Position numbers and translations under genes: made by a program
Shown here: one piece after another, positions 47,115 to 60,291 of the stretch
How positions within the stretch are numbered: the first letter of the stretch is position 1
How the letters are laid out: every line of letters starts with the position of its first letter
The notes under the pieces: generated by a model
What the model was told of the DNA's origin: nothing
Databases searched by the model: none
What the model saw: only the letters and a program-made list of their open reading frames with translations
Assembly (NCBI GenBank): GCA_047602405.1
Contig: JASGHJ010000002.1
Coordinates: forward strand, 1,632,001-1,696,000
Length of the DNA stretch: 64,000 bases
DNA from: Anaeromyxobacteraceae bacterium
Lineage (GTDB): Bacteria; Myxococcota; Myxococcia; Myxococcales; Anaeromyxobacteraceae
Reading direction: 5' to 3'

Positions 47115-47528
47115 ATGGTCCCCGCGACGGTCCGGGTCATCTACGGCGACTCCGATCAGATGGGGGTCGTGTACTACGCGAACTACCTGCGCTACTTCGA
47201 GGCGGGACGGAACGAGTTCATCCGGGCGAAGGGGCTGCGCTACCGCGACTTCGAGGAGCGGTACGGCCTCGTCCTGCCGGTCGCGGAGGCCGCGGTGAAG
47301 TACCTCGTGCCCGCGCGCTACGACGACCTCCTCACCATCGAGGTGTCGCTCGCCGAGGCGCGGCGGGCCTCCGCGCGGTTCACCTACCGGGTGGTGCGCG
47401 ACGACGGGCAGGTGCTCGCGACCGGCCACACCGTGCACGCCTGCGTGGACCGGGACGGCAAGGTGAAGCGGCTGCCGCCGGAGCTCGTGCAGGCGCTCCT
47501 CGCGGGCGAGACGCCGGAGGCCGCGTGA
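47115..47528 (+). CDS. YbgC/FadM-family acyl-CoA thioesterase
   Basis: DSDQMGVVYYANYLRYFEAGR. Confidence 0.9.
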   Translation: MVPATVRVIYGDSDQMGVVYYANYLRYFEAGRNEFIRAKGLRYRDFEERYGLVLPVAEAAVKYLVPARYDDLLTIEVSLAEARRASARFTYRVVRDDGQVLATGHTVHACVDRDGKVKRLPPELVQALLAGETPEAA

Positions 47529-47530
47529 GC

Positions 47531-48493
47531 ATGGACCGCAACCTCGTGCTCGAGGTGGTCCGCGTCACCGAGGCCGCCGCCATCGCCGCCGCGCGGCTGG
47601 CGGGGCGGGGCGACGCGAAGGGCGCCGACCAGGTGGCGGTCGAGGCGATGCGGCGGGCCTTCGAGTCGGTCGCGATCGCCGGGACGGTGGTCATCGGGGA
47701 GGGCGAGCGCGACGAGGCGCCCATGCTCTTCATCGGCGAGAAGGTCGGCCGCCGCCACGCGGGCGACCCCGAGCTCGAGATCGCGGTCGATCCCCTCGAG
47801 GGCACCGCGCTCTGCGCGACCGGGGCGGCGAACGCGCTCGCGGTGGTCGCGATGGGCGAGCCGGGGCGGCTCCTCCACGCACCCGACTCGTACATGCAGA
47901 AGATCGCGGTCGGGCCGGGCGCGAAGGGCGTCATCGACCTCGACGCGTCGGTGAACGTGAACCTGCACCGCATCGCCGACGCGCTGCGGAAGGACGTCGC
48001 CGACCTCACCGTCACCGTCCAGGAGCGGCCGCGCCACGAGGCGCTCGTGAAGGCCATCCGCGAGACGGGCGCCCGGGTGCGGCTGTTCCAGGAGGGCGAC
48101 GTCTCGGCCGCCATCGCCACCGGCCTGCCCGGGAGCGGGGTGGACGTGCTCATGGGCACCGGCGGGGCGCCCGAGGGCGTGCTCGCCGCCGCGGCGCTCC
48201 GCTGCGTGGACGGCGACCTGCAGGGCCGGCTCGTGTTCCGGAGCGAGACCGAGCGGGCCCGCGCCGTCGCGATGGGGCACGCCGAGCCCGAGCGGAAGCT
48301 CGGCATCCAGGACCTCGCCGGGGGCGACGTCGTCTTCGCCGCGACCGGGGTCACCGGCGGCGAGTTCCTGTCGGGCGTGCGCTTCGGGCACGCCGCCGTG
48401 CACACCCGCTCCATCGTCATGCGCTCGCGCACCGGCACCATCCGCTGGATCGACACGCTGCATCGCATGCCGGGCCCCGACGCGGGCTGGTAG
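47531..48493 (+). CDS. glpX: Class II fructose-1,6-bisphosphatase
   Basis: RVTEAAA, IGEGERDEAPML, VDPLEGT, GGAPEG. Confidence 0.95.
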   Translation: MDRNLVLEVVRVTEAAAIAAARLAGRGDAKGADQVAVEAMRRAFESVAIAGTVVIGEGERDEAPMLFIGEKVGRRHAGDPELEIAVDPLEGTALCATGAANALAVVAMGEPGRLLHAPDSYMQKIAVGPGAKGVIDLDASVNVNLHRIADALRKDVADLTVTVQERPRHEALVKAIRETGARVRLFQEGDVSAAIATGLPGSGVDVLMGTGGAPEGVLAAAALRCVDGDLQGRLVFRSETERARAVAMGHAEPERKLGIQDLAGGDVVFAATGVTGGEFLSGVRFGHAAVHTRSIVMRSRTGTIRWIDTLHRMPGPDAGW

Positions 48494-48550
48494 GGGCCTG
48501 GCGCCGGGCCGGCGCCGGCGTTAGCTCACCGTCTCACCCGGGAGGTCCGC

Positions 48551-49006
48551 ATGGCCGCCGTGAAGGAGCAGATCGTCATCGACGTGCCCATCGATTGCTT
48601 CTACGAGGTCGTCACCGACTACGAGGCCTACCCGGAGTTCGTGCCGGGCATCAAGGCGTGCCGGGTGAAGCAGGGCGACGGCAAGGCGGGCGCGGCGCGC
48701 CTCGTCGAGTACGAGCTCGACCTCGGCATCAAGCGCGTGAAGTACACGCTCGGTCACTCGGAGACGAAGCCGCGCCAGGTGACCTGGTCGCTCGTCCAGG
48801 GCGACATGATGAAGGTCTCGAACGGCTCGTGGGAGCTCGAGGACCTCGGCGGGAAGCGGACCCGCGCGCACTACTCGGTCGAGGTGCAGATCGCGAAGCC
48901 GCCGCTCATCCCGCAGTCGGTGATCGACAAGATCTCCGACGAGATGAACCGGGTGCAGCTGCCGAGGATCCTGGCGGCGTTCAAGGCGAGGGCGGAGGCG
49001 TCGTAG
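48551..49006 (+). CDS. SRPBCC/polyketide-cyclase-like (Coq10/RatA-like) protein
   Basis: 'VVTDYEAYPEFVPG', 'NGSWELE', 'AAFKARAE'. Confidence 0.85.
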   Translation: MAAVKEQIVIDVPIDCFYEVVTDYEAYPEFVPGIKACRVKQGDGKAGAARLVEYELDLGIKRVKYTLGHSETKPRQVTWSLVQGDMMKVSNGSWELEDLGGKRTRAHYSVEVQIAKPPLIPQSVIDKISDEMNRVQLPRILAAFKARAEAS

Positions 49007-49142
49007 CCCGCCCGCTCGCGGTGCATCCGACCCACGGTCCCCTCGCGAACCTCCCCGATGGTGGGAACGAGGGCACGGTGTTGCGTGCGCCACGGGCACA
49101 CCGGGTCGCCTTGACCCCCGAGAGTGACGGGTGCTATCAGGA

Positions 49143-49254
49143 TCCAGGTCCCCACTTCGGGGCTGCGACGAATCTTTCCAGGGCTCTCGGTCGTCAGAGA
49201 TTCTCGTGAAGGATGGCAGCGGGAGTGGGGAACGCAGCTTGCAGGTTCCTGGAG
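49143..49254 (+). ncRNA. Candidate structured cis-regulatory leader RNA
   Basis: Four complementary helices, the outer one covering part of the GGAG SD; upstream promoter TTGACC-18-TATCAG (49111-49140). Confidence 0.4.
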
Positions 49255-49259
49255 ACGTG

Positions 49260-49448
49260 ATGCTGGACGCGTACGTCATCGAGGAGATCAAGCGCCGCGA
49301 GCGCGAGCGGGAGCGTGACGACCGCCCGGCCATCGAGCTGCCGATCCCTCCGCCCGACGACCGCCGCCGGCCCGATCCGGGGAGCGGCGGCGGCGACGAC
49401 GGCGGGGACCATGACCGCGGGGTCGTGATCATCGACTACGGGTCGTGA
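49260..49448 (+). CDS. Small hypothetical protein (62 aa)
   Basis: GGAG SD; MLDAYVIEEIKRRERERERDDRPAIELP...RGVVIIDY; host-like codon usage. Confidence 0.7.
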   Translation: MLDAYVIEEIKRRERERERDDRPAIELPIPPPDDRRRPDPGSGGGDDGGDHDRGVVIIDYGS

Positions 49449-49510
49449 AGTCGCCCGGGCCGCACGCCGCGCGCGCTTTCTCTCGTTGACCCGGGCCCGT
49501 CTCGGGGTGA

Positions 49511-52316
<2,806 letters not shown>

Positions 52317-52374
52317 CTCCCGTCCCCGAAGGGCCCACGACCGCGGGTCGACCCGAGGTTAGGATTCGCCCGCC

Positions 52375-53313
52375 ATGGCGAGCCGGGTGACCGTCTACGA
52401 GGTGGGGCCGCGCGACGGCCTGCAGAACGAGGCGGCGACCGTCCCGACGGCCGAGAAGCTCGCGCTCGTCCGTGCGCTCGCCGCCGCGGGGCTGTCCCGC
52501 ATCGAGGCCTCGAGCTTCGTCTCGCCGAGGTGGATCCCGCAGCTCGCCGACGCGGCCGACGTGGTCGCCGGGCTGCCCCGGCATCCGGGCACCTCCTACG
52601 TGGTCCTGGTGCCGAACGGGAAGGGGCTGGAGCGGCTCGTGGAGGCCCTCGGCCGGACCGGCCCGGGCGCGCCGCAGGTGGACGCCGCGGTGTTCCTGTC
52701 CGCCTCCGAGACGCACAACCGGAAGAACGTGAACCGCTCGGTCGCCGAGTCGCTCGCCGAGCTCGCCGTGCTCGTGCCGGCGGCGATCGAGCAGGGCCTG
52801 CGGGTCCGCGGCTACGTCTCGACGATGTGGGGCTGCCCCTACGAGGGCCCGGTGCGGCCCGAGCAGGGCGCGACCGTGGTGCGGCGGCTCCTCGAGCTCG
52901 GCTGCCACCAGGTGAGCCTGGGGGACACGATCGGCGTCGGCACGCCCAACCAAACCCGGCGCATCCTCGACCTCCTGCTCGGGTTCGCGACCCCGGAGCA
53001 GCTCGCGCTCCACATGCACGACACCCGCGGCACCGCGCTCGCGAACGTGCTCGTGGGGCTCGAGGCGGGGCTGTCGACGTTCGACGCATCCATCGGCGGC
53101 CTCGGCGGCTGCCCGTACGCGCCGGGCGCCTCCGGGAACCTCGCCACCGAGGATCTCGTGTACCTCCTGCACGGCATGGGGTACGACACCGGCGTCGACT
53201 GGCCGAAGCTCATCGAGGCCGGCGCGATCGCCCAGCGCGTCGTGCGCCGCACGCTGCCCGGCAAGGCGCTCCAGGCGGAGCTCGCGACCGCCGCCCGCGC
53301 CGCCCAGGCCTGA
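52375..53313 (+). CDS. Hydroxymethylglutaryl-CoA lyase
   Basis: EVGPRDGLQNE, HMHDTRG, GLGGCPYAPGASGN. Confidence 0.93.
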   Translation: MASRVTVYEVGPRDGLQNEAATVPTAEKLALVRALAAAGLSRIEASSFVSPRWIPQLADAADVVAGLPRHPGTSYVVLVPNGKGLERLVEALGRTGPGAPQVDAAVFLSASETHNRKNVNRSVAESLAELAVLVPAAIEQGLRVRGYVSTMWGCPYEGPVRPEQGATVVRRLLELGCHQVSLGDTIGVGTPNQTRRILDLLLGFATPEQLALHMHDTRGTALANVLVGLEAGLSTFDASIGGLGGCPYAPGASGNLATEDLVYLLHGMGYDTGVDWPKLIEAGAIAQRVVRRTLPGKALQAELATAARAAQA

Positions 53314-53322
53314 GGGAGACCG

Positions 53323-54096
53323 ATGGAGATCATCGTCGAGCGCCGCGGCGCCTGGGAGCTCTGGACCATCGACGGCGAGGCCCGCCGGAACGCGATCTCG
53401 AGGGCGTTCCTCGCGGCGCTCCGGGAGCACCTGGCGCGCGCCGCCGCCGACCGCGCGCTCCGCTGCGTCGTGCTCACGGGCGCCGGCGACAAGGCCTTCT
53501 GCGCGGGCGCGGACCTCAAGGAGCGGGCGTCGATGTCGAAGGAGGACGTCCACCGCTTCCACCACGACCTCCGCGACGCGCTCGGCGCCATCGAGGCCGC
53601 GCCACAGCCGTTCGTGGCCGCGCTGAACGGCGCCGCGCTCGGCGGCGGGCTCGAGCTCGCGCTCGCGTGTGATCTCCGGATCGCCGCGGACACGGCGGTC
53701 ATGGGGCTCCCCGAGGTCGGCCTCGGCATCATCCCGGGCGGCGGCGGGACCCAGCGGCTCGCGCGGCTCGTCGGCGTGTCCCGGGCGAAGGACCTCGTGC
53801 TGACGGCGCGCCGGGTGGGCGCCGCCGAGGCCCTCTCGATGGGGATCGTGTCGCGGGTCGCCCCGGCGGCCGCGCTCCTCGACGAGGCGCGCGCCACCGC
53901 CGAGCAGATCGCGCGGAACGCGCCGATCTCGCTGCGCCAGGCGAAGCGCGCGATCGACGGCGGCTGGCACCTGCCGCTCGCCGAGGCCCTCGAGCTCGAG
54001 AACCGGCTGTACCAGGATTGCCTCGCGACCGAGGACCGACGGGAGGCCCTCCGCGCCTTCGCGGAGAAGCGCCCGCCGGTCTTCCGCGGAGAGTGA
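53323..54096 (+). CDS. Enoyl-CoA hydratase (methylglutaconyl-CoA hydratase-like)
   Basis: [32 protein letters not shown]. Confidence 0.92.
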   Translation: MEIIVERRGAWELWTIDGEARRNAISRAFLAALREHLARAAADRALRCVVLTGAGDKAFCAGADLKERASMSKEDVHRFHHDLRDALGAIEAAPQPFVAALNGAALGGGLELALACDLRIAADTAVMGLPEVGLGIIPGGGGTQRLARLVGVSRAKDLVLTARRVGAAEALSMGIVSRVAPAAALLDEARATAEQIARNAPISLRQAKRAIDGGWHLPLAEALELENRLYQDCLATEDRREALRAFAEKRPPVFRGE

Positions 54097-54119
54097 ATCG
54101 CGCAACAGGAGGGGACACC

Positions 54120-55664
54120 ATGGCGGGAGCGGAAGACCAGCACCCCGACGCGCGCATCGCGCGCGAGCTCGAGCGCGTCCGGCGGGGCGGTGCCGAGAAG
54201 TACCACCAGAAGAACACCGAGCAGGGGAAGCTGTTCGTGCGCGAGCGGCTCCGGCTGCTGCTCGACCCGGACAGCTTCGTCGAGGACGGCGCGCTCGCGA
54301 ACGCGGTGGACCCGGAGCTGCCGGCGGACGGCGTCGTCACCGGGCTCGGCACCGTGGACGGCCGGCCGGTCGCGGTCATGGCGAACGACTCCACCGTGAA
54401 GGCCGGCAGCTGGGGCGCACGGACGGTCGAGAAGATCCTGCGCATCCAGGAGACCGCCGCGGCCCGTCGGGTCCCGCTCCTCTACCTCGTCGACTCCGCC
54501 GGGGCGCGCATCACCGACCAGGTCGAGATGTTCCCGGGCCGGCGCGGCGCGGGCCGCATCTTCCACAACGAGGTGCACCTCTCGGGCGTCGTGCCCCAGG
54601 TCTGCCTGCTCTTCGGCCCGTCCGCCGCGGGCGGCGCCTACATCCCGGCCTTCTGCGACGTGGTCGTGATGGTCGAGGGGAACGCCTCGATGTACCTCGG
54701 CTCGCCGCGCATGGCCGAGATGGTCATCGGCGAGAAGGTGACGCTCGAGGAGCTCGGCGGCGCGCGGATGCACTGCTCGGTCTCGGGCTGCGGCGACTTC
54801 CTCGTGAAGACCGAGGAGGAGGCGATCGCGCTCGCCCGGCGCTGGCTCTCGTTCCTGCCCTCGAACCACCGGCAGCTCCCGCCGGCGGCGCCCGCGCGGC
54901 CGCCCCGCGCGGGCCGGCCGGTCGAGGAGATCGTCCCCCGCGACCAGAACAAGGTCTTCGACGTCGCGGAGCTCGTGGAGGCGCTCGTCGACGAGGGCTC
55001 GTTCCTCGAGGTGAAGAAGCTCTTCGCCGGCGAGCTCGTGACCGGACTCGGTCGCATCGACGGGCGGGTGGTCGGCATCCTCGCGAACCAGCCCAAGGTG
55101 AAGGGCGGGGTGCTCTTCGTCGACTCGGCCGACAAGGCCGCGCGCTTCATCTGGCTCTGCGACGCGTTCAACGTCCCCTTGCTCTACCTCTCCGACGTGC
55201 CGGGGTTCATGATCGGCACGAAGGTGGAGCGGGCCGGGATCATCCGCGCCGGCGCGAAGATGATCAGTGCGGTGTCGGAGGCCACCGTGCCGCGGATTTG
55301 CGTGGTGGTGCGCAAGGCCTACGGGGCGGGGCTCTACGCCATGGACGGCCCGGCCTTCGAGCCCGACGCGACGCTCGCCCTGCCGCAGGCGATGATCGCG
55401 GTGATGGGGCCGGAGGCCGCCGTCAACGCGGTCTACTTCAACAAGATCCAGGAGAAGCCGGAGGCCGAGCGGGCCGCGTACGTGGCCGCGCTCCGCGAGG
55501 AGTACAAGGAGGACATCGACATCGTGAAGCTCGCGAGCGAGCTCGTGGTGGACGCGGTGGTGCCGGGGGCGTCGCTGCGCGACGAGCTGGCCCGGCGGTT
55601 CAGGCTCTACGCGGAGGGCCACGAGCCCCGCGCCGAGCGCAAGCGTGGCGTCCTGCCGGTCTAG
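54120..55664 (+). CDS. Acyl-CoA carboxylase carboxyltransferase subunit (methylcrotonyl-CoA carboxylase beta-like)
   Basis: ANDSTVKAGSWG, DSAGAR, AGGAYIP, DVPGFMIG, KAYGAG. Confidence 0.92.
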   Translation: MAGAEDQHPDARIARELERVRRGGAEKYHQKNTEQGKLFVRERLRLLLDPDSFVEDGALANAVDPELPADGVVTGLGTVDGRPVAVMANDSTVKAGSWGARTVEKILRIQETAAARRVPLLYLVDSAGARITDQVEMFPGRRGAGRIFHNEVHLSGVVPQVCLLFGPSAAGGAYIPAFCDVVVMVEGNASMYLGSPRMAEMVIGEKVTLEELGGARMHCSVSGCGDFLVKTEEEAIALARRWLSFLPSNHRQLPPAAPARPPRAGRPVEEIVPRDQNKVFDVAELVEALVDEGSFLEVKKLFAGELVTGLGRIDGRVVGILANQPKVKGGVLFVDSADKAARFIWLCDAFNVPLLYLSDVPGFMIGTKVERAGIIRAGAKMISAVSEATVPRICVVVRKAYGAGLYAMDGPAFEPDATLALPQAMIAVMGPEAAVNAVYFNKIQEKPEAERAAYVAALREEYKEDIDIVKLASELVVDAVVPGASLRDELARRFRLYAEGHEPRAERKRGVLPV

Positions 55665-55679
55665 CGAGGTCACCCCACG

Positions 55680-56819
55680 ATGGACTTCGAGCTGCCCGAG
55701 GACCTGAAGCAGATCCAGCGCACCGTCCGCGAGTTCTGCGAGGCGGAGGTGAAGCCGCGCGCCCGGGAGTGGGACGAGCAGTGCCGCTTCCCGCGCGAGG
55801 TGGTCGCGCGGCTCGGCGAGCTCGGCTTCCTCGGGCTCTCCGTGCCGGAGGCCTACGGCGGCGCGGCGCTCGGGGCGCTCGCCGGCGCGGTGGTCATCGA
55901 GGAGGTGGCCCGGTACGACGGCTCGCTCGCGCTCACCGTGGCGAGCCACAACGGCCTCGGCACGAACCACATCCTCCGCTTCGGCACCGAGGCCCAGAAG
56001 CGGCGCTGGCTGCCGGGGCTCGCCTCGGGCGAGAAGCTCGCGGCCTGGGCGCTGACCGAGCCCGGCTCCGGCTCGGACGCCGCGGGGATGCGCACCACCG
56101 CCGTCCGGAAGGGGGACCGCTGGGTCCTGAACGGCGCGAAGACCTTCATCACCCAGGGCACCGTCTGCGGCACCTGCGTCGTCCTCGCGGTCACCGATCC
56201 GGGCAGGAAGCAGCGGGGCATCACCGCGTTCGTGGTCGAGCCGGGCGCGAAGGGGTTCTCGCAGCGGCCCATCCACCAGAAGCTCGGCATGCGGTCCTCC
56301 GACACCGCCGAGCTGTCGTTCGAGGACGTGGAGGTCCCGGACGAGCACCGGCTGGGGGAGGTGGGCCAGGGGTTCATCGACACCCTCAAGATCCTCGACC
56401 GCGGCCGGATCACCATCGGGGCGCTGGCGGTCGGCCTGGGGCGGGGGGCCCTCGAGGAGGCCACCGCCTACGCCAAGGTGCGGGAGGCCTTCGGGAGGCC
56501 CATCGCCGAGCACCAGGCCGTGGCGTTCATGCTGGCCGACGTCGCCACCGAGGTGTCCGCGGCCCGGCTGCTCGTCCAGCGGGCCGCCACCCTGTGCGAC
56601 GGGGGCTCACCCTTCGGGAAGGAGGCCGCCATGGCGAAGCTGTTCGCCTCGGAGGCCGCCATGCGCGCCACCTCGAAGGCCATCCAGATCCACGGCGGGT
56701 ACGGCTACACCCGCGACTTCCCGGTCGAGCGGTACTTCCGGGACGCCAAGCTGTGCGAGATCGGGGAGGGGACGAGCGAGATCCAGCGACTCGTGATCTC
56801 CCGCGAGATCCTGAGGTGA
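55680..56819 (+). CDS. Acyl-CoA dehydrogenase
   Basis: [36 protein letters not shown]. Confidence 0.94.
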   Translation: MDFELPEDLKQIQRTVREFCEAEVKPRAREWDEQCRFPREVVARLGELGFLGLSVPEAYGGAALGALAGAVVIEEVARYDGSLALTVASHNGLGTNHILRFGTEAQKRRWLPGLASGEKLAAWALTEPGSGSDAAGMRTTAVRKGDRWVLNGAKTFITQGTVCGTCVVLAVTDPGRKQRGITAFVVEPGAKGFSQRPIHQKLGMRSSDTAELSFEDVEVPDEHRLGEVGQGFIDTLKILDRGRITIGALAVGLGRGALEEATAYAKVREAFGRPIAEHQAVAFMLADVATEVSAARLLVQRAATLCDGGSPFGKEAAMAKLFASEAAMRATSKAIQIHGGYGYTRDFPVERYFRDAKLCEIGEGTSEIQRLVISREILR

Positions 56820-56836
56820 GGTAGATTCTCGCCGCG

Positions 56837-58157
56837 ATGACCGGCGAGCACACCATCATCGGGCGGATCCCCCGGGAGCGGCTCAACCAGAATCGCCTCC
56901 CGGAAGCTCTCCGCCCTGGGCATCGCCGTCCGCCTCGGCGGGGACCGCGAGACGCTGGAGGGCGAGCTCGCCTTCTCGGGCCGGGTCGTGAACCCCGCCA
57001 CCGGCGCCGCCATCCCGCGGTCCCGCTTCGTCGTGGTCGGCCACGACCGGCTCCGGTTCGTGGACGCGCCGCTCTCGGCGCTCGGCCCGGTGAACTTCTA
57101 CGACCACGAGCGCGCGGTCGCCCTCGAGGCGTGGGTGGTCGCCGCGCTCGGCGCCCGCGCCGCCACGCTGCAGGACCTCGCCGCGCGCGTCAGGGCCATG
57201 CGCATCGAGGCGAGCGTCGATCCGGACCGGCTGGTGGTGCGGTCGGTCGTGAAGACCCCGACCCACGCCTTCGAGGTGCTCGCGACGCCGGAGGGCGTGC
57301 GCGTCTCCCGGGTGGCGCCTGTCGGCGGCGCGCCGTTCGAGGTGGCGCCGGGCTTCCCGGCCCTCGACCTCGCCCAGTTCCGGGCCCCCGGCGACCTCGA
57401 GCTCTTCCTCTCCGGCTCGGTGCGCGAGATGGAGGCCGCGCGGCCCGAGCGCGCGCCGGCCCCCGCCGCGGCGCCCCCCGCCGGCAGCGGCGCGCTCGAG
57501 GCCACCCCCGCGCCCCGCAACGCGCTCACGCTGAGGGCGCTCGCCGACGTGTTCGGCGAGGACGCCATGCTGGCGCCGAACGCGATGGTCGAGCTCCTCC
57601 AGGAGTTCCGCCACGGCGGCACCCGCTACCGGTTCGTCGCCTCCCGCGAGGTCGGCTCGCACTTCCGGGGCCGGCTCATCGGCCCGAACGGCGACGTCTG
57701 GTCGGACCGCTTCGAGCTCGACTCCTTCCCGGGCACCGAGAAGGTCGTCGCGCTCGCGCTCGGGATCGCCCAGCCGAGCGCGGGCGGCGAGCCGGTCGAC
57801 CTCGGCGGCGGGGAGGGCATGGGCGACGTCCCGAGCCACCTGCTGCCCCACCCGGGCGAGGTCTGGGTGATGAGCGTGGTCGTCGAGGAGACGCACGGCG
57901 ACGAGGTCCGCTACGTCGGCACCGACATCGACGGCCGGCCGTACGGCGCCGCGCGCGTGCTGAAGCGCTCCGACTTCGAGGCGGTCTTCTCGCAGGAGCG
58001 GGGCGGCTGGCGCCTGCTCGTGGTGATCGATCAGGTGAACGACGGGGCGGTCATCTACCGGCAGCTCGACCGGCAGCGCCAGCCCATCGGCGCGCCCCGC
58101 CGGATGGCGGCCGCCATCCTCGTCGCCAACTTCGTGCCGGAGGCCGCGGCGTACTGA
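56837..58157 (+). CDS. Hypothetical protein (apparent +1 frameshift at ~56891)
   Basis: ATG 56837 (MTGEHTIIGRIPRERLNQ) joins ORF 56988..58157 after removing one A in CAGAATC. Confidence 0.72.
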
Positions 58158-59200
58158 TGGCGGCGACCCACGCCATCGCGGACCGCGTGCTCGCGGGCGA
58201 CGTGCGCGCAGCGGCGCGCCTGATGCGCGATCTCGACGACGGGATGCCCTGGGCCGAGGAGGTCCTGCGGGCCCTGCTCCCGCGCACGGGCCGGGCCTAC
58301 GTCGTGGGGCTCACCGGCGCGCCGGGCTCGGGGAAGTCCTCGCTGACCGACCGCCTCGTCGCCCACCACCGCGCGGCCGGCCGCACGGTGGGCGTGGTCG
58401 CGGTCGACCCCTCGAGCCCCTTCACCGGCGGCGCGATCCTGGGCGACCGGATCCGGATGCAGGACCACGCCCTCGACCCGGGCGTCTTCATCCGCTCGCT
58501 CGGCACCCGGGGCCACCTGGGCGGGCTCTCGCGCTCGACCGCGGACCTGGTCCTCGTGCTCGACGCGCTCGGCAAGGACGTCATCCTCGTCGAGACGGTC
58601 GGCGTGGGGCAGGACGAGCTCGAGGTCGCGGCGCTCGCCCATACCGTCGTGGTCGTGACGGTGCCGGGGCTCGGCGACGACGTACAGGCCATCAAGGCGG
58701 GCGTGCTCGAGATCGCCGACGTGTTCGCGGTCAACAAGGCCGACCGCGAGGGCGCCGACCGGACCGTGCGCGACCTCCAGATGATGCTGGAGCTCCGGCA
58801 CATGGTCGCCGGGAACGGGCCGCCCGCCGGCGACCACGACGCGGACCACCGGTTCAGCGGCGCGGCGGCGTTCGCGCCGCCGTCGGCGGGCTGGGAGCCG
58901 CCCATCGTGAAGACCACGGCCACCCGCAAGGAGGGCATCGAGGAGCTCGCCCAGGCGGTGGAGCGCCACCGCGAGCACCTCGTCGCCTCGGGAGAGCTCG
59001 CCCAGCGGGAGACCGCCCGGGCACGGGCCCGCTTCGTCGCGATCCTGCGCGAGCGGCTGCTCTCGGGCGCGCTCCGCCGGCTCGACGCCGAGCGGTCGGG
59101 CCTCGACGCCATCGCCGCGCGAATCGCCGCCCGCGAGGCCGACCCCTACGCCCTCGCGGACGAGCTCGCCGCGCGCCTCGGCGGGGAGCCCCGCGCGTGA
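58157..59200 (+). CDS. meaB: Methylmalonyl-CoA mutase-associated GTPase MeaB/ArgK
   Basis: GAPGSGKS, VDPSSPFTGGAILGDRIRM, ETVGVGQDE, NKAD. Confidence 0.94.
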   Translation: MAATHAIADRVLAGDVRAAARLMRDLDDGMPWAEEVLRALLPRTGRAYVVGLTGAPGSGKSSLTDRLVAHHRAAGRTVGVVAVDPSSPFTGGAILGDRIRMQDHALDPGVFIRSLGTRGHLGGLSRSTADLVLVLDALGKDVILVETVGVGQDELEVAALAHTVVVVTVPGLGDDVQAIKAGVLEIADVFAVNKADREGADRTVRDLQMMLELRHMVAGNGPPAGDHDADHRFSGAAAFAPPSAGWEPPIVKTTATRKEGIEELAQAVERHREHLVASGELAQRETARARARFVAILRERLLSGALRRLDAERSGLDAIAARIAAREADPYALADELAARLGGEPRA

Positions 59201-60240
59201 GCGAGCACGCCGAGCCACCGGCCTCCCTCGCCCCGCCGGGCGCGGCCACGCCCGCCGCGCTCGTGGACGGCCTCGAGGCCCGCCTCGGGCTCACCTTCTC
59301 CGACCGGACGCGCGCGCTCGCCGCGCTGACGCACAAGTCCTACGTGAACGAGCACCGGGACGAGGAGGGGCTCTGCGACAACGAGCGCCTCGAGTTCCTG
59401 GGCGACGCCGTCATCGACCTCGCGGTCTCGCACCGCCTCATGGAGAAGTTCCCCGGGGCCCGCGAGGGTGAGCTCTCGAAGATGCGGGCCGCGGTCGTGG
59501 ACGAGCAGGGGCTCGCCGAGATGGCGCGGGCGCTCGACCTCGGGGCGCTCCTCCGGCTCGGCCGCGGCGAGGAGCTGACCGGCGGCCGCCGGAAGGCCTC
59601 GCTCCTCGCCGACGCGCTGGAGGCGGTGGTGGCGGCGATCTACCTCGAGGCGGGGCTCCGCCCGGTGCTCGGGCTGATCGAGCGGTTCCTGGGGGAGGCG
59701 TTCGCGCGGGCCTCGGCCGGCACGCTCGACCGGGACTGGAAGACCCAGCTGCAGGAGCTCGCCCAGAGCCGTCTCAGGGCCACGCCCCGGTACCGCGTGG
59801 TGGCCGAGCACGGCCCGGACCACTCGAAGGTGTTCGAGGTCGAGACCGACCTGCGCGGCGAGCTCGTCGGCCGCGGCACCGGGCGCTCGAAGAAGGACGC
59901 CGAGCAGGCCGCGGCCCGCTTCGCGCTCGACGCGCTGACCCTCAGGTTCACGCCCCAGGGGGCCGCCCCCGCGGCGGTCCTCCCGGAGGCGCCCGCGGCC
60001 GCGCCGGCACCGCCCCCCGCGCCGCCCCCCGCCCCGGCGCCGCAGCCGCCGGCCGCCGAGGCCCCGCGGCGGGACGAGCAGCCCGTCGCCCCCGAGGGCG
60101 ACGCCGAGCCCGAGGCGCCCCCGCCGTCCGCGCGCAAGCGGGCCCCCAGGAAGCCGAGGACGGCCCCCCGCGCCGCCCCGAGGAAGCAGCCCGCCCGGAC
60201 GAAGGTCCCCGCCGGGGCGAAGCGGAAGAAGGGCCGGTAG
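59197..60240 (+). CDS. rnc: Ribonuclease III with Pro/Lys-rich C-terminal extension
   Basis: NERLEFLGDAV, LADALEA, dsRBD 'KTQLQE...GRSKKDAEQAAA'. Confidence 0.96.
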   Translation: MSEHAEPPASLAPPGAATPAALVDGLEARLGLTFSDRTRALAALTHKSYVNEHRDEEGLCDNERLEFLGDAVIDLAVSHRLMEKFPGAREGELSKMRAAVVDEQGLAEMARALDLGALLRLGRGEELTGGRRKASLLADALEAVVAAIYLEAGLRPVLGLIERFLGEAFARASAGTLDRDWKTQLQELAQSRLRATPRYRVVAEHGPDHSKVFEVETDLRGELVGRGTGRSKKDAEQAAARFALDALTLRFTPQGAAPAAVLPEAPAAAPAPPPAPPPAPAPQPPAAEAPRRDEQPVAPEGDAEPEAPPPSARKRAPRKPRTAPRAAPRKQPARTKVPAGAKRKKGR

Positions 60241-60291
60241 CCTCCCGGGTTTTCTTTGCCCGCGGGGAGCGTGGCCGCTAGCATGCCGCGC

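Noticed and set aside
49143..49254. SRP (4.5S) or 6S RNA
   Set aside because: Lacks the SRP CAGG-x-GRAA-x-AGCA core and is too short for typical 6S; kept as an unassigned leader
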